A stretch of 63,946 bases of DNA, the filler included, from Octopus bimaculoides (taxonomy: Eukaryota), in NCBI RefSeq assembly GCF_001194135.2. It is 6 parts of 6 records of this genome, joined end to end, with 100 filler letters (N's around TTAATTAATTAA, not from the genome) between each part and the next. Parts side by side here need not be neighbours in the genome. Positions count along the whole stretch, not along the records: positions 1 to 26,562 come from NC_068986.1; positions 26,663 to 42,138 come from NC_068989.1; 4 more parts are not named here. One strand, written 5' to 3'. The notes under the pieces were generated by a model, which was not told where the DNA came from, ran no database searches, and saw nothing but the letters and a program-made list of their open reading frames with translations. Below, in pieces: positions 24,911 to 38,233 of this stretch (position 1 is its first letter; each line of letters begins with the position of its first letter). The position numbers and the translations under genes were made by a program.

Positions 24911-26044
24911 ATGCCTAAAGACTTAAATTGCGAAGTTTGATCAAAGAAAAGAAAATTAAAAGAACAAAAACAACATAAACTTCGGGAAGAGAAAACAGTG
25001 AAGGCTTCCAATGTAAAATAGAAAACGGTGGAAGCTAAGAGTGTCAAAGAGGTGTTGTTGTGTGGTGTGTGATGAGTGAATAATATAAATGATAGAGCAA
25101 GTTGACTTAAAAGAGAAGAAAAAGAAATATTTAGAGAGAATTAAAAAAAACTTTTTCAATAGCAGAAGGAAGAGAAAATTAGAAAAGGAGAAGATGCAGC
25201 TGAATGGTGTGTGCGATAGTTGTGATATACTGTCTGTTCGCTAGTCATACATGTGTGTGTGTGTNNNNNNNNNNNNNNNNNNNNNNNNNNNNNNNNNNNN
25301 NNNNNNNNNNNNNNNNNNNNNNNNNNNNNNNNNNNNNNNNNNNNNNNNNNNNNNNNNNNNNNNNNNNNNNNNNNNNNNNNNNNNNNNNNNNNNNNNNNNN
25401 NNNNNNNNNNNNNNNNNNNNNNNNNNNNNNNNNNNNNNNNNNNNNNNNNNNNNNNNNNNNNNNNNNNNNNNNNNNNNNNNNNNNNNNNNNNNNNNNNNNN
25501 NNNNNNNNNNNNNNNNNNNNNNNNNNNNNNNNNNNNNNNNNNNNNNNNNNNNNNNNNNNNNNNNNNNNNNNNNNNNNNNNNNNNNNNNNNNNNNNNNNNN
25601 NNNNNNNNNNNNNNNNNNNNNNNNNNNNNNNNNNNNNNNNNNNNNNNNNNNNNNNNNNNNNNNNNNNNNNNNNNNNNNNNNNNNNNNNNNNNNNNNNNNN
25701 NNNNNNNNNNNNNNNNNNNNNNNNNNNNNNNNNNNNNNNNNNNNNNNNNNNNNNNNNNNNNNNNNNNNNNNNNNNNNNNNNNNNGCTTAGGAAAGAGACT
25801 CGTACGAATTCCTGCGGTTTAACCATCTACCTTAGAGTTATTATTAAAATATAGATATGCAGGGCAGGGAATCATCAATTAGTAATAAAATTAATAATTA
25901 ACAATTCTGCCGGGTAGCTCAGTATGAAAAAAACCTTCTTCGGTAAAAAATTTATAATCATAAATATATAGGGATTGACAGTAACCTGCTTCTCCAACAT
26001 ACTGAGAATTCAGAAATAGCAGTCAAAGAACTACTGATTTCAAA

Positions 26045-26116
<72 letters not shown>

Positions 26117-26822
26117 CATACACTCATATATATATACATATTGTATATACGCATATATATATATATTTATACTTATATATATGTGTATATACAATATTTT
26201 GTATGAATATGTATGTTATGTATGTGTGTATCTTGTTAACTATGTACAAACACACACACACATGCACGCACACACACATGCACACACACACACACACACA
26301 CCTATATATATAAAATGACAAGGGAGTAGGAAATTGTTATGGACCTCACGTGAGTGTGTGTAAACACACACACTTACACACACACACACACACACACACG
26401 CACGCACACACATACACACACACACGCACACATACACACACACATGCGACACACGCGCATGCACACTTTGTTTTTGTAAACTTAAAAGATATATTATTCT
26501 GATTTTAAAGATGGTTTGTTTTAAAAGCGAGCACAAATTTTAATTTGAACTTGTAGTAGACANNNNNNNNNNNNNNNNNNNNNNNNNNNNNNNNNNNNNN
26601 NNNNNNTTAATTAATTAANNNNNNNNNNNNNNNNNNNNNNNNNNNNNNNNNNNNNNNNNNNNATATATATATATAGATTTAGATTCAAGGTTGAATATGG
26701 TACTTATGTGTAGGCACCAGAATATCGTATGGTATGGTATTATATTATACAAAAACCATTCCAAAAGCATAGGTGATCAAAAAATCTAAATCAAAATAAG
26801 CAACACGGATTTCAAAGGTGAT

Positions 26823-26910
26823 TGCAGTACGCACGTTTCATGCTACTCCATTTATTTAAGTAATGCGAGCATTACATTAAATGCAATATGAAGAGCAATC
26901 TTCAGCTGCA
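26823..26910 (-). ncRNA. Type I hammerhead ribozyme motif, complete core, long helix II
   Basis: Minus strand TGCAG-CTGAAGA-[59-nt hairpin]-GAA-AC-GTGC-GT-A-CTGCA; 5-bp helix I, GUA triplet; U.U in place of G10.1-C11.1. Confidence 0.75.
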
Positions 26911-27148
26911 CGAAAATGCAGAAAATTACAGTAGAATAGACATATTATAATTGTGGCAACATTTCAAATCCAAGTGGGAGAAAGAATACATAAAAACCCA
27001 AGTGGGAGGAAGAATACATAAATCCATCTTGACGTAGCCGAGTCTATCAGGCTAGTAATTGATTCTAGACAAAAGTTCTAACTGTCTCTGATTTTATTGT
27101 CTCTTATCTAGTGGTGATAGCATAAGGGACAATTACTTATATATATAT

Positions 27149-27488
27149 GGGGACGCAATGGCCCAGTGGTTAGGGCAGCAGACTCGCGGTCGTGGGATCG
27201 CGGTTTCGATTCCGAGACCGGGCGTTGTGAGTATTTATTGAGCAAAAACACCTAAAGTTCGACGAGACTCTGGCAGGGGATGATGGCGAACCCTGCTGTA
27301 CTCCTTCACCACAACTTTCTTTCACTCTTTCTTCCTGATTCTCTGGCACACCCTGTGTCACGCTGAATCTTCCCGAAAACTACGTTAATGGTACACGTGT
27401 CTGTGGAGTATTCAGCCACTTATACGTTAATTTCACGTGCAGGCTGTTCCGTTGATCGGAACCCTTGTCGTTGTAACCGAGGGAGTGC

Positions 27489-27492
<4 letters not shown>
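27149..27492 (+). mobile_element. SINE family C, full length
   Basis: Head GGGACGCAATGGCCCAGTGGTTAGGGCAGC, matches 762-1115 along its length. Confidence 0.92.
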
Positions 27493-27537
<45 letters not shown>

Positions 27538-27786
27538 GCACATATATATCTACATATATGTATATATATATATGTGTGTGTGTATNNNNNNNNNNNNNNN
27601 NNNNNNNNNNNNNNNNNNNNNNNNNNNNNNNNNNNNNNNNNNNNNNNNNNNNNNNNNNNNNNNNNNNNNNNNNNNNNNNNNNNTATATATATACATATAC
27701 ATACATACATACATACACATGTACATACAGATATACATATATATGTATATACACATATGAATATTAGTATGTATGTGTGTGCACAT

Positions 27787-28120
27787 CTCTTTTATCACTT
27801 TTACTTGTTTCAGTATTAGGCTCCGACCATGCTGGGGCACCGCCTTGAAGAATTTTTAGTCGAATGAATCGACCCCAGAACTTATTTTTTGTTGTACTTA
27901 TTCTGGTACTTATTCTATCGGCCTTTTTTGCCGAACCACCGAATTACGGTGACATAAACACATCAACACCGGTTGTCATGCGGCGGTGGGAGACAAACAC
28001 AGACACGAAGACACACATACACCGAAGCTAAAATAGAAGACACTTCGCCAAGGTGCTACGCAGTGAGATTGAACTCGGAACCATGTGGTTCGGAAGCAAG
28101 CTGCTTAACACACAGCCACA
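27787..28120 (-). mobile_element. SINE family A, internally deleted
   Basis: Reverse complement of the 3' part and head; central region shortened. Confidence 0.85.
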
Positions 28121-28147
28121 AAATCTCTATATGAAAATATTTATTAT

Positions 28148-29438
28148 ACTAGCTGTTGGATTCGGCGTTGCTCGTGTTTTCCCTGTTAAAGTTAGGCCCA
28201 CCTCTGACCTTGTATTGAAATCTTCTACGTTCCCCGTGCCAATCATTACCCATGAAGATATCATATCTAGTTCGGCAGGGATTTTACCCGGGTAATGCTT
28301 TTGACATACTCCTACATACTAGACCAGACCGTCTGAAATCGCAGTCAAATTTTCAGGTGTACATCGACCCGTTGAGAATGATGTTTGTTTATTTCTCTCC
28401 CCTTAATGCCACTCTCTTCTACAAAATTGATCAGCGTGTCCAATCTCAGCAAAATGCAAAGAAAAGTGTTACGGTTATGTCATAAAATAGACTCCATGTG
28501 ACCATGTACATCCATGAGAGTATCCTATTGACTTTTAAATCCCAATACATTATATGAATAATCGGTGTATTATATGTCGAAGTGCTTAATTTTACTCATT
28601 GGTCAAATTTCTTCAAAATGATTTCATTATTTTATTGTGAGTGAATTTTGAAGATTTCTACCCTTCACCAGTTTAATTTTAATTCTACTACATGACTCCG
28701 ACCATAGACTCTGTAAAAGTTACAGCACTAAATATTAATCCTATGGGTAATTGCATACAAAAAGCCTATAGATTTCTTATAATCTCCCGCTCACCCGCAA
28801 TTATCGACTTTTTGTCAACTCTTCATGGTCGCATCAACTAATGGACATAAACTGTAGTCACGTGTACAATTTCTACAAAATCGATAAGAATGTCTCTAAG
28901 GAAAAGCTTATTTGCATTTGTGCCCTTTTCAAGCACTTTTGAATTCAATAAATACCTTTACCGTCTCCTCCACCACAAAATTTACCTACATCTCAAATTT
29001 CATTAAAATCGGATAAAAAATATAAAATTTACGGCCAAAAATAAAATCTCTATGAGTATTTGCAAGTAAAACGGCCTATTGATTTTTATAAAACAACTAC
29101 TCAAGCGCAATTATCGATTTTTTGTCAACGCCACATACTAACATCAACATACTGCTATGAGCCTCGCTCACTCATCGATTTTCATCAAAATCGGACAAAA
29201 AATACAAAAGCTGCAGGAAAAATACCATCCTTATGGGAATTTCCATTCCCTTACCCGATTGAACTCACAAAAATCGATATCAACTGAGCATTATCGAGTT
29301 TTCGAAAAATTCCGGCCTTATTTGAACTTCAGAACACGTGATATACCTATGTGCCAAAAATCGGACAGTGTGGGAGGAATTAGAGTAACCCCAAATACAC
29401 ACACACACAGTCACCATTACAAACTTATGTATATAGAT
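28148..29438 (+). mobile_element. Probable Helentron/Helitron2-associated non-autonomous element with internal subrepeats
   Basis: Starts ACTAGCTGTTGGATTCGGCGTTGCTCG; recurrent TTTCAT(C/T)AAAATCGGA(C/T)AAAAAAT blocks; ends (CA)n...TATGTATATAGAT. Confidence 0.6.
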
Positions 29439-29766
29439 TTCTGTACATGCAATACTCTCTAAAAGATCTATTTTCAACCTTCGTTTCTTCAATATCGTTC
29501 ATTCCATTGTATATTTACTATTCAAGACTGCGTAAAATTGGAAGTTTGTCACAGAAAAGCAAAGCAACAAATTTATTCTTTCTTACATTTGTTGGAGTTA
29601 AATTTTTAATTCGAATGAAAAATACATAACATTTAGAATTGGCGTGTTTTTCCAGTCTCTTTAACAAACAGAAGGTAATTTGATATTGTGTTTTGATTTG
29701 GATTGTGTTAGCTTCTTTATACTGCCTGTTCATTTCTTTTACCCATCAACACGCATTTATATGCAC

Positions 29767-29798
<32 letters not shown>

Positions 29799-29834
29799 AT
29801 ATATAATATTATTAGTAGTAGTATTATTATGAAC

Positions 29835-30118
29835 TCTCCCGTCGTTAGACGACGTATGAGGGGTTCGACAGTTTCTTACCGAACAATCACAGAGATGATT
29901 TGTTTATAATGGTCAAATGTTTGTATTGACATAAATTCACTCCTTCCATCAATTCGACATTACCTGTACAGGTGCAACGGGTGCCGCATGTTGAAATGAT
30001 CGCAGAGCAACGTGTAATGAAGTGTTTTGCGCAAGAACACAATGCAACGCCCGGTCTGGGAATCGAACCCATGATCTCGCAATCGTAAGTGCTACACTTT
30101 AACCACTAAGCCATTCGC
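29835..30118 (-). mobile_element. Degenerate SINE related to family C
   Basis: CAACGCCCGGTCTGGGAATCGAACCC (reverse complement of the B-box) and 3' remnant. Confidence 0.75.
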
Positions 30119-30194
30119 ATATATACATATGACCATAAAATATAAATACATTAAGATCACTATAGGTCTTTAATTTTTTGTATTATTTCTTTAA

Positions 30195-30602
30195 AATGTG
30201 GTTGCGTGGTAAGGATTTTACTTCCCAACCACATGGTTCTGGGTTCAATCCTACTGCGTCACACATTGGACAAGTGTCTTCTATTATAGCCTCGAACCGA
30301 CCAAAGACTTGTGAATGGCTTTGGAAGATGGAAACTGAAAGAAGCCCGTCCTTAAGTGCGTGTGTATGCGCACGTGAGCTTGTGTATGCGCGTGTGCGCG
30401 TGTTTATGTGCTTGTCCTCCACTACCGATTGACATCCAGTGTTCTTTTGCTAATATTTCCATAACTTAGGGATCCGGCAAACAAGAACAATGGAATAACT
30501 ATCAGGTTTAAGTAAGTACTGGGAACGATTTATCAAACTACACCTTCAATGTGGTGTCCCAACATGGCGGCAGTCCAATGCCTTCAACAAGTATAAGATA
30601 AA
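30195..30602 (+). mobile_element. SINE family A, degenerate full length
   Basis: CCCAACCACATGGTTCTGGGTTCAATCC...CAACATGGCGGCAGTCCAATG. Confidence 0.88.
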
Positions 30603-30949
30603 AAAAATTAGTCACCGGACCGTCAAGGAGTTCTGTGGCTTCGAATAAGACCTGGATAGGGCCGTGATGACCATGGAAAAGTGAATTTAAAATGATGATG
30701 AAGATGTTGTAGTGGTGTAGTGGTGGGTGCCGGTGGCGGTGGGGTTGAGAGGTTGTCGATAGTGGTGGTGATGGTAGTGGCGGCGGCGGCGCCTTTGGAG
30801 TGAGGTCGTGGCAGCTTTAGGGTAAGGTGGTGGTGGTTTTGGTGATACGGTGGTTGAGGTGATATATTTAATACAGCTGCTACTAGAAAAATGATCATAC
30901 ACGCAGTGACATACATACACTTCAATTACTCATAAAGCACAGAAGGGTA

Positions 30950-31350
30950 TTCTTTTATCTGGTTCAGTCGTTTGACTGCGGTCATGCTGGAGCAGCGCCT
31001 TTTAGTCGGAAAAATTGGCCCCAGAAGTTATTCTTTATAAGCCTGGTACTTATGCTATCCGTTTCTTTTGCCGAACATCTAGGTTACGGGGATGTAAGCA
31101 CACTAACATCGGTTATCAAGTGATGGTGAGGGGGGGGGGACAAACAGACACAAAGACACACATAAATTAAACATATATATACATATATACGATGGGCTTC
31201 TTTCAGTTTCCGTCTAGCATATCCACTCACAATGCTTTGGTCGGCCTGATTTTATAGTAGAAGAAACTTGCCCAAGGTGTCGTGCAATGGGACTGAACCC
31301 GGAACCATGTGGCTGGGAAGCAAACTTCTTACCGCACAGTCACGCCTACT
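30950..31350 (-). mobile_element. SINE family A, full length
   Basis: Reverse complement of all family A segments. Confidence 0.9.
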
Positions 31351-31495
31351 CATATATGGATAAATGTGTGATTTGACGTTAAAGCAATAAATACACACAC
31401 ACACACATGCACGCACACACACATACACACAAACACATATACACCCTCACACACACTCATATACACACGTACACACATATATACTCATACACACA

Positions 31496-31542
<47 letters not shown>

Positions 31543-32059
31543 ACAATCCACATTCACATAAGACATGCATTTGCTTCTCCCTATAACCCTCGCCTCTTCC
31601 ATTTATTCTTTATTTCTCCAAAATTCCTACCACCACCGCATCCAGTCTTTTACACTCAAACAGAAGATATTTAGTTATCACATACTCATACATATATAAT
31701 ATACACGTACATAGCCGCATGCACAAATGGATGAAAATAATGCCAATGTATTATACAAACCTACAACTAAAGCTAACTTGGTGCAACAATCTTTAATTAC
31801 TTTCAGTTTAGGCAACAATATATGTTAAGTGGTTATTAAAACTAATGCGTGCTATGAGCGTTAAAAATTTAGTGACTATTTTAATATAGTGGATATAACT
31901 ATTGTGGGTAATTATAACTTCCCATCATCAGTAAATCATTCTATTTATATCCCAAATAGATAAATTGTTAAATCCCAAATAGTTAAATCGTTAAAAAAAT
32001 CAATGTCACGTGCTAATAGGCAGGACCCAAGCAACGAGCGCAAAACCGGTTACTCAACT

Positions 32060-33655
32060 TCAGCCTACATCAGTTTTAAAATCATCGTCGAAACAACAAA
32101 GTCACCAAAATAAATATAAGGAAAAAATATTATGATACTTTTATTTGCTTACTGTGTCACATTGGACTGATGATAAAACTGAATCAAGTGGAGTGTCTAT
32201 TGAACATGGAAAAGTTTTCAGCTATAGCATCTTCAATACAAATAAACTAAACTGACATTTAAAGGCAATATGCACTAATTTAGAAAAGTCGCAGTGAAAA
32301 ATATTTTAAAGCGTTTGAATTGATTCAAAAGAAAGCTATATTTTCTTCATATATTTCAAAAAATAAATAAGCTTTACTCGCTTCATATTATATGGGTTAT
32401 CAGCTAGCAAAATGTAGGTGAAATATATAGGAATGTAGAAACTTAATAAATTCCTGCGTAAAAGATTTGGTGAAATGCATCATAAGTAAATATAGCAGAA
32501 ATAGCGTACCATTTAAAGTGTATTTATGTAATACTTTTTTTTTAAAAACTGACTTAATAACACGGATCGAAATGTATTCAGCCTTCTCTCTTTAAATGGA
32601 GGCATGAACAAATGTCGTTTACTTAGTAGTTTTTCTTACATTTGTACGTTATGGTTATGAAAATAACGTCAATCTGCCCACGTATAGTGAGCCTAACTTA
32701 AACTATTAACAAAAAAACATTGAATTTCGTTGTAAGTTTGTTAAAAAGTATTTTAGTTGATGAAGATGCAGCTGTTGTCAGGAAATTTTCTGGTTCTGTT
32801 CCAAGAATAAAGAACTCAAAATCAAACATTCAAAGATTTCTGGTTAGTTTTTATTAAATCAAATTCACTAAATGCAGATATTCTCGATTTATCATATGAA
32901 AATATGAACACTTGGTATACAACTTTACTACATACCAAAGTGCGCTGGTTATTGTTTGGAAGTGGTGGTGAAGTTTTCCGAACTGCGTGAAGAAATTGGA
33001 TTATTTCTTTGCGAACATCCTTTGAACTTTCAGCCAAATTAAAATATTAGTGCTGGATGAAAAAAATGGAATCTTATTCTGATATATTTACTTACTTGAA
33101 TGAAGTTAATCTTGCAATGCAGGTTGCCAATAAGGTATGATTCAAAGTCTTTTCTTAATGATTGTTCACGGTTGTAGAAACTCCAGGGTGACTATGTAGC
33201 TAAGAATGATGTCAAGTAATTTGAAAACATTAATAATTTTTTATTACCAAACAAAATTTTCCAAAGCAAACATTCAAAGATTCAATTTTGTCATAGTTGG
33301 CAGATACATTTGAATTATGGCATTTTCCATGCGAAATTGAAAGTAAACTTTAGGTTGAAACTTAAACTGAATAATATTCCACAGGAATAAAAAGAACAGC
33401 AAAGAAACATTGCAATGTACCGTTATCTTAAAATCAAAATAAGCGCAACTGATAAAATTTTAGCACAAAATCTTTTACAATATTCGTACGATATTCAAGT
33501 ACATACAAGTCAAAGAACATTTTAACCTTATTAAATAACAGAAAACAAATTTAGAAATAAATTGAATATAGGAACTGTCTTACTGTTATATGTAAAATCC
33601 AAAATTCCGTTTATCCAGAGTCTGTAACCAGAAACAAGCACATCCAAGTCACTAA
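32060..33655 (+). pseudogene. Decayed hAT transposase (Buster/Charlie, ZBED5/SCAND3-like)
   Basis: Colinear motifs across frames: RKKYYDTF..., KALLASYYMGYQLAK, FLTFVRY, TLLHTKVRWL (32922-32951), YSDIFTYLNEVNLAMQ (33075-33122), terminal QKQAHPSH* (stop ends 33655); many stops and indels. Confidence 0.85.
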
Positions 33656-34843
33656 CTTTAAATTTCTTGGTGCTAAAGGTGAAATTTTCAAATCTCTATG
33701 GTAAGAAAAGTAACTATGTTATGCTAACACAACCTTGTTTTGATGCTTGTTTGCAGCAACACTATGATATGTTTTTCTTTTTTCAAAATAACTGAGAAAG
33801 GAAAAAATAACGACAAATAAACATTAATGTGCTGAGACCGATGGATGGAAAGCATATTGATCATAACTAAGAATAAAAGCAGCAATTTAATTAAACACAA
33901 CCGATATGACTTTTAATGTCGAGGACGGTGAAAGAAATGTTCCCACTCAAAATCAGCGACTCAACTGACACCAATGTAGTACGAAAACTACAGAAGAAAA
34001 ATCTATCTATGGGCTTTGATAAGCAGCCTGAAAATCCAACACCAAACCACTTTTTCAGCTTAATTCCCATTGATATTGTAACAACAGGCTATGTTCCACC
34101 AACTCGCAAAGATCAAAGTAATAGAAAACTTGGATTCTTGGAGATTGAACTCATCCAGGTTAATGTGTGAGCTAGAAATGATCACGCTATTTGGGTCAAT
34201 AAAAAATACACATCTTCAAACTTAAAGAGTGAATTGTTATGCAAGTAACAGTTCATTCTTTAAAGAAGAGGAAGAGAATAGTACTTATTTTCCTTTGCAA
34301 ACAAAATAACTTACTTCCAACCTTACCACCGAGCAGGTAGCCCGTCAGAATATACCTTAAAATTCCAATGAGGAAAAAAAACAAACATCCTTAAAACATT
34401 CATGCATACATACGTATATGAATACATACATACATACATACATACATACATACATACATACAAACATACATACATACATAAATAAAGTACTGGAATTTCC
34501 TTTCAGTTAACTATCAGAACACTGAATATTTTTTACAACTTCATTTCCGTTGCTAAATTATATCCCGAAGACAACATAAATCTATATTGCTGGCAGGAAG
34601 TTGTTGAGATATTTTGTGGTATCAGTCTGTCTATCTACATATCTATCTTTTCATCTATGCGTCTATCTATGTCTCTGTATATTTGTCTGGTAAGTCTGTG
34701 TGACTCCTTCCCTGTCTATTTAGATGTCTTTTTGACGAGCTTTTGGTTTAATCACCTGATTTATTTTTGCATATCTTCTTGTAAATTCTTTGCTTTCTAT
34801 CCATCTACATACACTATCTAGACACCCACACATACACGCGCAT

Positions 34844-34886
<43 letters not shown>

Positions 34887-34983
34887 GTATATATATANNN
34901 NNNNNNNNNNNNNNNNNNNNNNNNNNNNNNNNNNNNNNNNNNNNNNNNNNNNNNNNNNNNNNNNNNNNNNNNNNNNNNNNNNN

Positions 34984-35024
<41 letters not shown>

Positions 35025-36791
35025 CGTTCGTGTTTGTCTTGATACAACGTCACTATTTTTAGCCGAATATTTTCCAAAATTTGTACAGAATTTCAAGATC
35101 ATTTCAGAATTATGCCTGAAAAAGTCCAGCGGTCAGGGTTCTCCGGGGGTAAAACAGATTCATTGAAAGACAGTTAGTTGTAATGGAGTGGTAGTAGTGG
35201 TGGTAGTGTGAAGCACAGAAACGTTGTCAGTTTTTTAATTTTTTTAATTTTTCCTTCACTGTCTCTTTTACCTGTTCCCTTCACCTTTATTTATGCATGG
35301 GATATGGGACATACGAGTCTAATTACGTATAGGTAAGTATATACGTATATTACATTGTGTATTTATAAGTGTATGTATATATTCTTAAAACCCAAGCAAT
35401 CTATACACTTGTTTATACAGAATTAAGAACTTTTGTAAATCCGAGGTTGAACACCAATTAAATTCGGAGTATAATTTGCAGTGTATATTAGAACAAACAT
35501 GAAGAACGGAGATGCATTGTTGGCGATTTATTTAGCATACTTGCATTTCGAATAGCCTGACACGACCTAACCGTTGCACGTTGCACATCGCACTACGCAT
35601 ATTTAATCGTTCCTTCGTTTGATCGACAACAATACCATAGAAAAAGACGTACTAAGTGCCATATTCTTCTTATCAAAACCAAAATGATATGTATTTGTCT
35701 ACGGAGATAGAGATATAAACAAATGGATAGACAGACAGACAGACAGATAAACATATAGATATACTGTAGTAATTACGAAATATTTCCCAACCAGGATTCG
35801 AAAACAGTTAATAATCTCGGCATCTGGGGCTTATCTTTGTCTACTATGCAGGTTTCTAACTTTGAATGAGTTCTCTTACATTACAACAAGACGGCATATA
35901 TTGTTACATGATGAGAATGCAATTAATGGAATTCAATTTAATGTGTATCTGGTATTTATTTTATCGACTTTTAAAGACTGAAAGGCAAATTTGATTCCAC
36001 TGAGATATAAACACAAAATATCAAGATGCTAACTAAATATTATATTGCATTTTAGTCCTGTTCTTTTACTGACACTAATAATATAATAGTATAGATTTTC
36101 AAGAATTTTTATCTCGCATGAAGATTGTCTGCAAATATTTCGTAAAGCCTTGCCATCAGGATGTTGCATATCACAGGGGAATTTTTGTAATTCTATGACT
36201 CTTTAGCAATGATAAAGTACATTCCTATGAAGATGCTAGCAACTTAAGACGGTTTGTTGTTAATAATTTAGTCGATATTACTTTGATAATAAGATAACAA
36301 AAATATGCGCATGAAATAGTAGTAACCTAGATATCTCTTAATCCGTTTTGCATGCTGGGCCATCAGTGAAGACGTCTATTTTATGTAGTGATTGAAAACT
36401 GGATTTATACTGGAATACATTCTTCTTGTTTTCTCTAAAATCTCAAAAAGCGATTTGAGGCCATTACTGCTGGCGCGGCTTTTTCAATTAGTCTGCTGAA
36501 AGATGTATTAAAGGTGTACTGAGTACTTGAAATAAAGTATTTTATATACAGTAACGGTAACTGGAGGCAAGGCTGCTTAGCCACTGATTTATTGACTCCT
36601 CGAGCACACATAGTCCTTCCTGTGTAGTCTTAATACGGTCAATGAGCAAATAATGAATACGAGGTTCGAATCCGCCACACTTAACTAATCCTAGTTACCG
36701 TTTCAATATCTCAAACTAAATATGTTATTTAAACCTAGTACAGCAGTTAGCAGCCACTACTGACAGTATAAATAACACTCTAGCACTACAG

Positions 36792-36843
<52 letters not shown>

Positions 36844-37163
36844 NNNNNNNNNNNNNNNNNNNNNNNNNNNNNNNNNNNNNNNNNNNNNNNNNNNNNNNNN
36901 NNNNNNNNNNNNNNNNNNNNNNNNNNNNNNNNNNNNNNNNNNNNNNNNNNNNNNNNNNNNNNNNNNNNNNNNNNNNNNNNNNNNNNNNNNNNNNNNNNNN
37001 NNNNNNNNNNNNNNNNNNNNNNNNNNNNNNNNNNNNNNNNNNNNNNNNNNNNNNNNNNNNNNNNNNNNNNNNNNNNNNNNNNNNNNNNNNNNNNNNNNNN
37101 NNNNNNNNNNNNNNNNNNNNNNNNNNNNNNNNNNNNNNNNNNNNNNNNNNNNNNNNNNNNNNN

Positions 37164-37207
<44 letters not shown>

Positions 37208-37544
37208 TACATAGACAACCGTGAGCAATGTGTTACCAAAAGTAAAAATATAATTATTACTAAATATGACTAGGTTGTTAGAACACTTACATTGCTAGAA
37301 ATAAGAGCTAAAATGCTCCCATGCTATAGTTAAAGCACATAGTTGTATACATATATACTGACAGAGACCGTAATCGCCCGAAAGCACTGGCTGAGTATTC
37401 CCTATACTGATCGGTCAGTGTTCGCTTTTTCCGTAGCCTCATCAGAAATATGTTGGTGAGTATGAAGTATGCTAATGAAATTATTGTAGACATACAACCA
37501 CAAGAATTTATGCAAAAATAACCATGATTTTATAACTAGCTTCG

Positions 37545-37808
37545 GCGCAAGGCCTAATGATTAGCGTCTTAGACTTAACGACAATTTTTAGGTCAGGAGT
37601 TCAATTCCTGGAATGTGTGACGTCTTATGACCTTGAACAAGGCACTTCGTTTCATTTTACTCCAGGCTCATCGACTGAAAATGAGTACTAGTCTAGGACT
37701 GATGCAGTTCTCTTTCTGTCCAGGTATCACACTAACGCTGTTCCACTGATCAATTGGGTGAAAAGCCTGAGACGGCGTCTGTGTCAGCTTACTTTTCCGT
37801 AGCCATCT
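37545..37808 (+). mobile_element. tRNA-headed SINE, family E
   Basis: GGCGCAAGGCCTAATGATTAGCG head, B-box GGAGTTCAATTCC, CCTTGAACAAGGCACTT core. Confidence 0.65.
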
Positions 37809-38152
37809 AAAAAAAATACAATAAACAAGAACATCAGGTCATATTTGCCTTGCTTTAGTTTTTGATTATTTTATTTATGATTTTACGATCAGAGAGGGTG
37901 CAGGAGAAAGAACGGTGGATTACCAGCTGTATGTACAAAAAATGTCTGCATAATGTATGTCGCTGAAAGGAACGCTGGCTTTCAACAGCAGCAGATACAG
38001 ACAAGTCATTATATTCATACACAAACTCTACAAATAATACTAATGTATTTGTTCCATTGTTTGGGGTATTAATTTGTTTGTTTATCTTTTCTTTGTTAAA
38101 TACTACAACAACTACTACAGCTTCTACTACTATTGCAGTTGTTATTATTATA

Positions 38153-38231
<79 letters not shown>
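38153..38231. repeat. (TTA)n microsatellite
   Basis: Direct inspection. Confidence 0.97.

Positions 38232-38233
<2 letters not shown>

Noticed and set aside
27149-27225. tRNA-like sequences at SINE heads (also 762-1115, 3536-3900, 61666-61810)
   Set aside because: They run directly into SINE bodies or tails and lack a proper acceptor stem; called SINE heads, not tRNA genes.
37405-37446. Minus-strand CTGATGA-G-GCT...AGC-GAAC
   Set aside because: A15.1 and helix I/III are missing; the sequence matches the tail of SINE family E (37780-37808).
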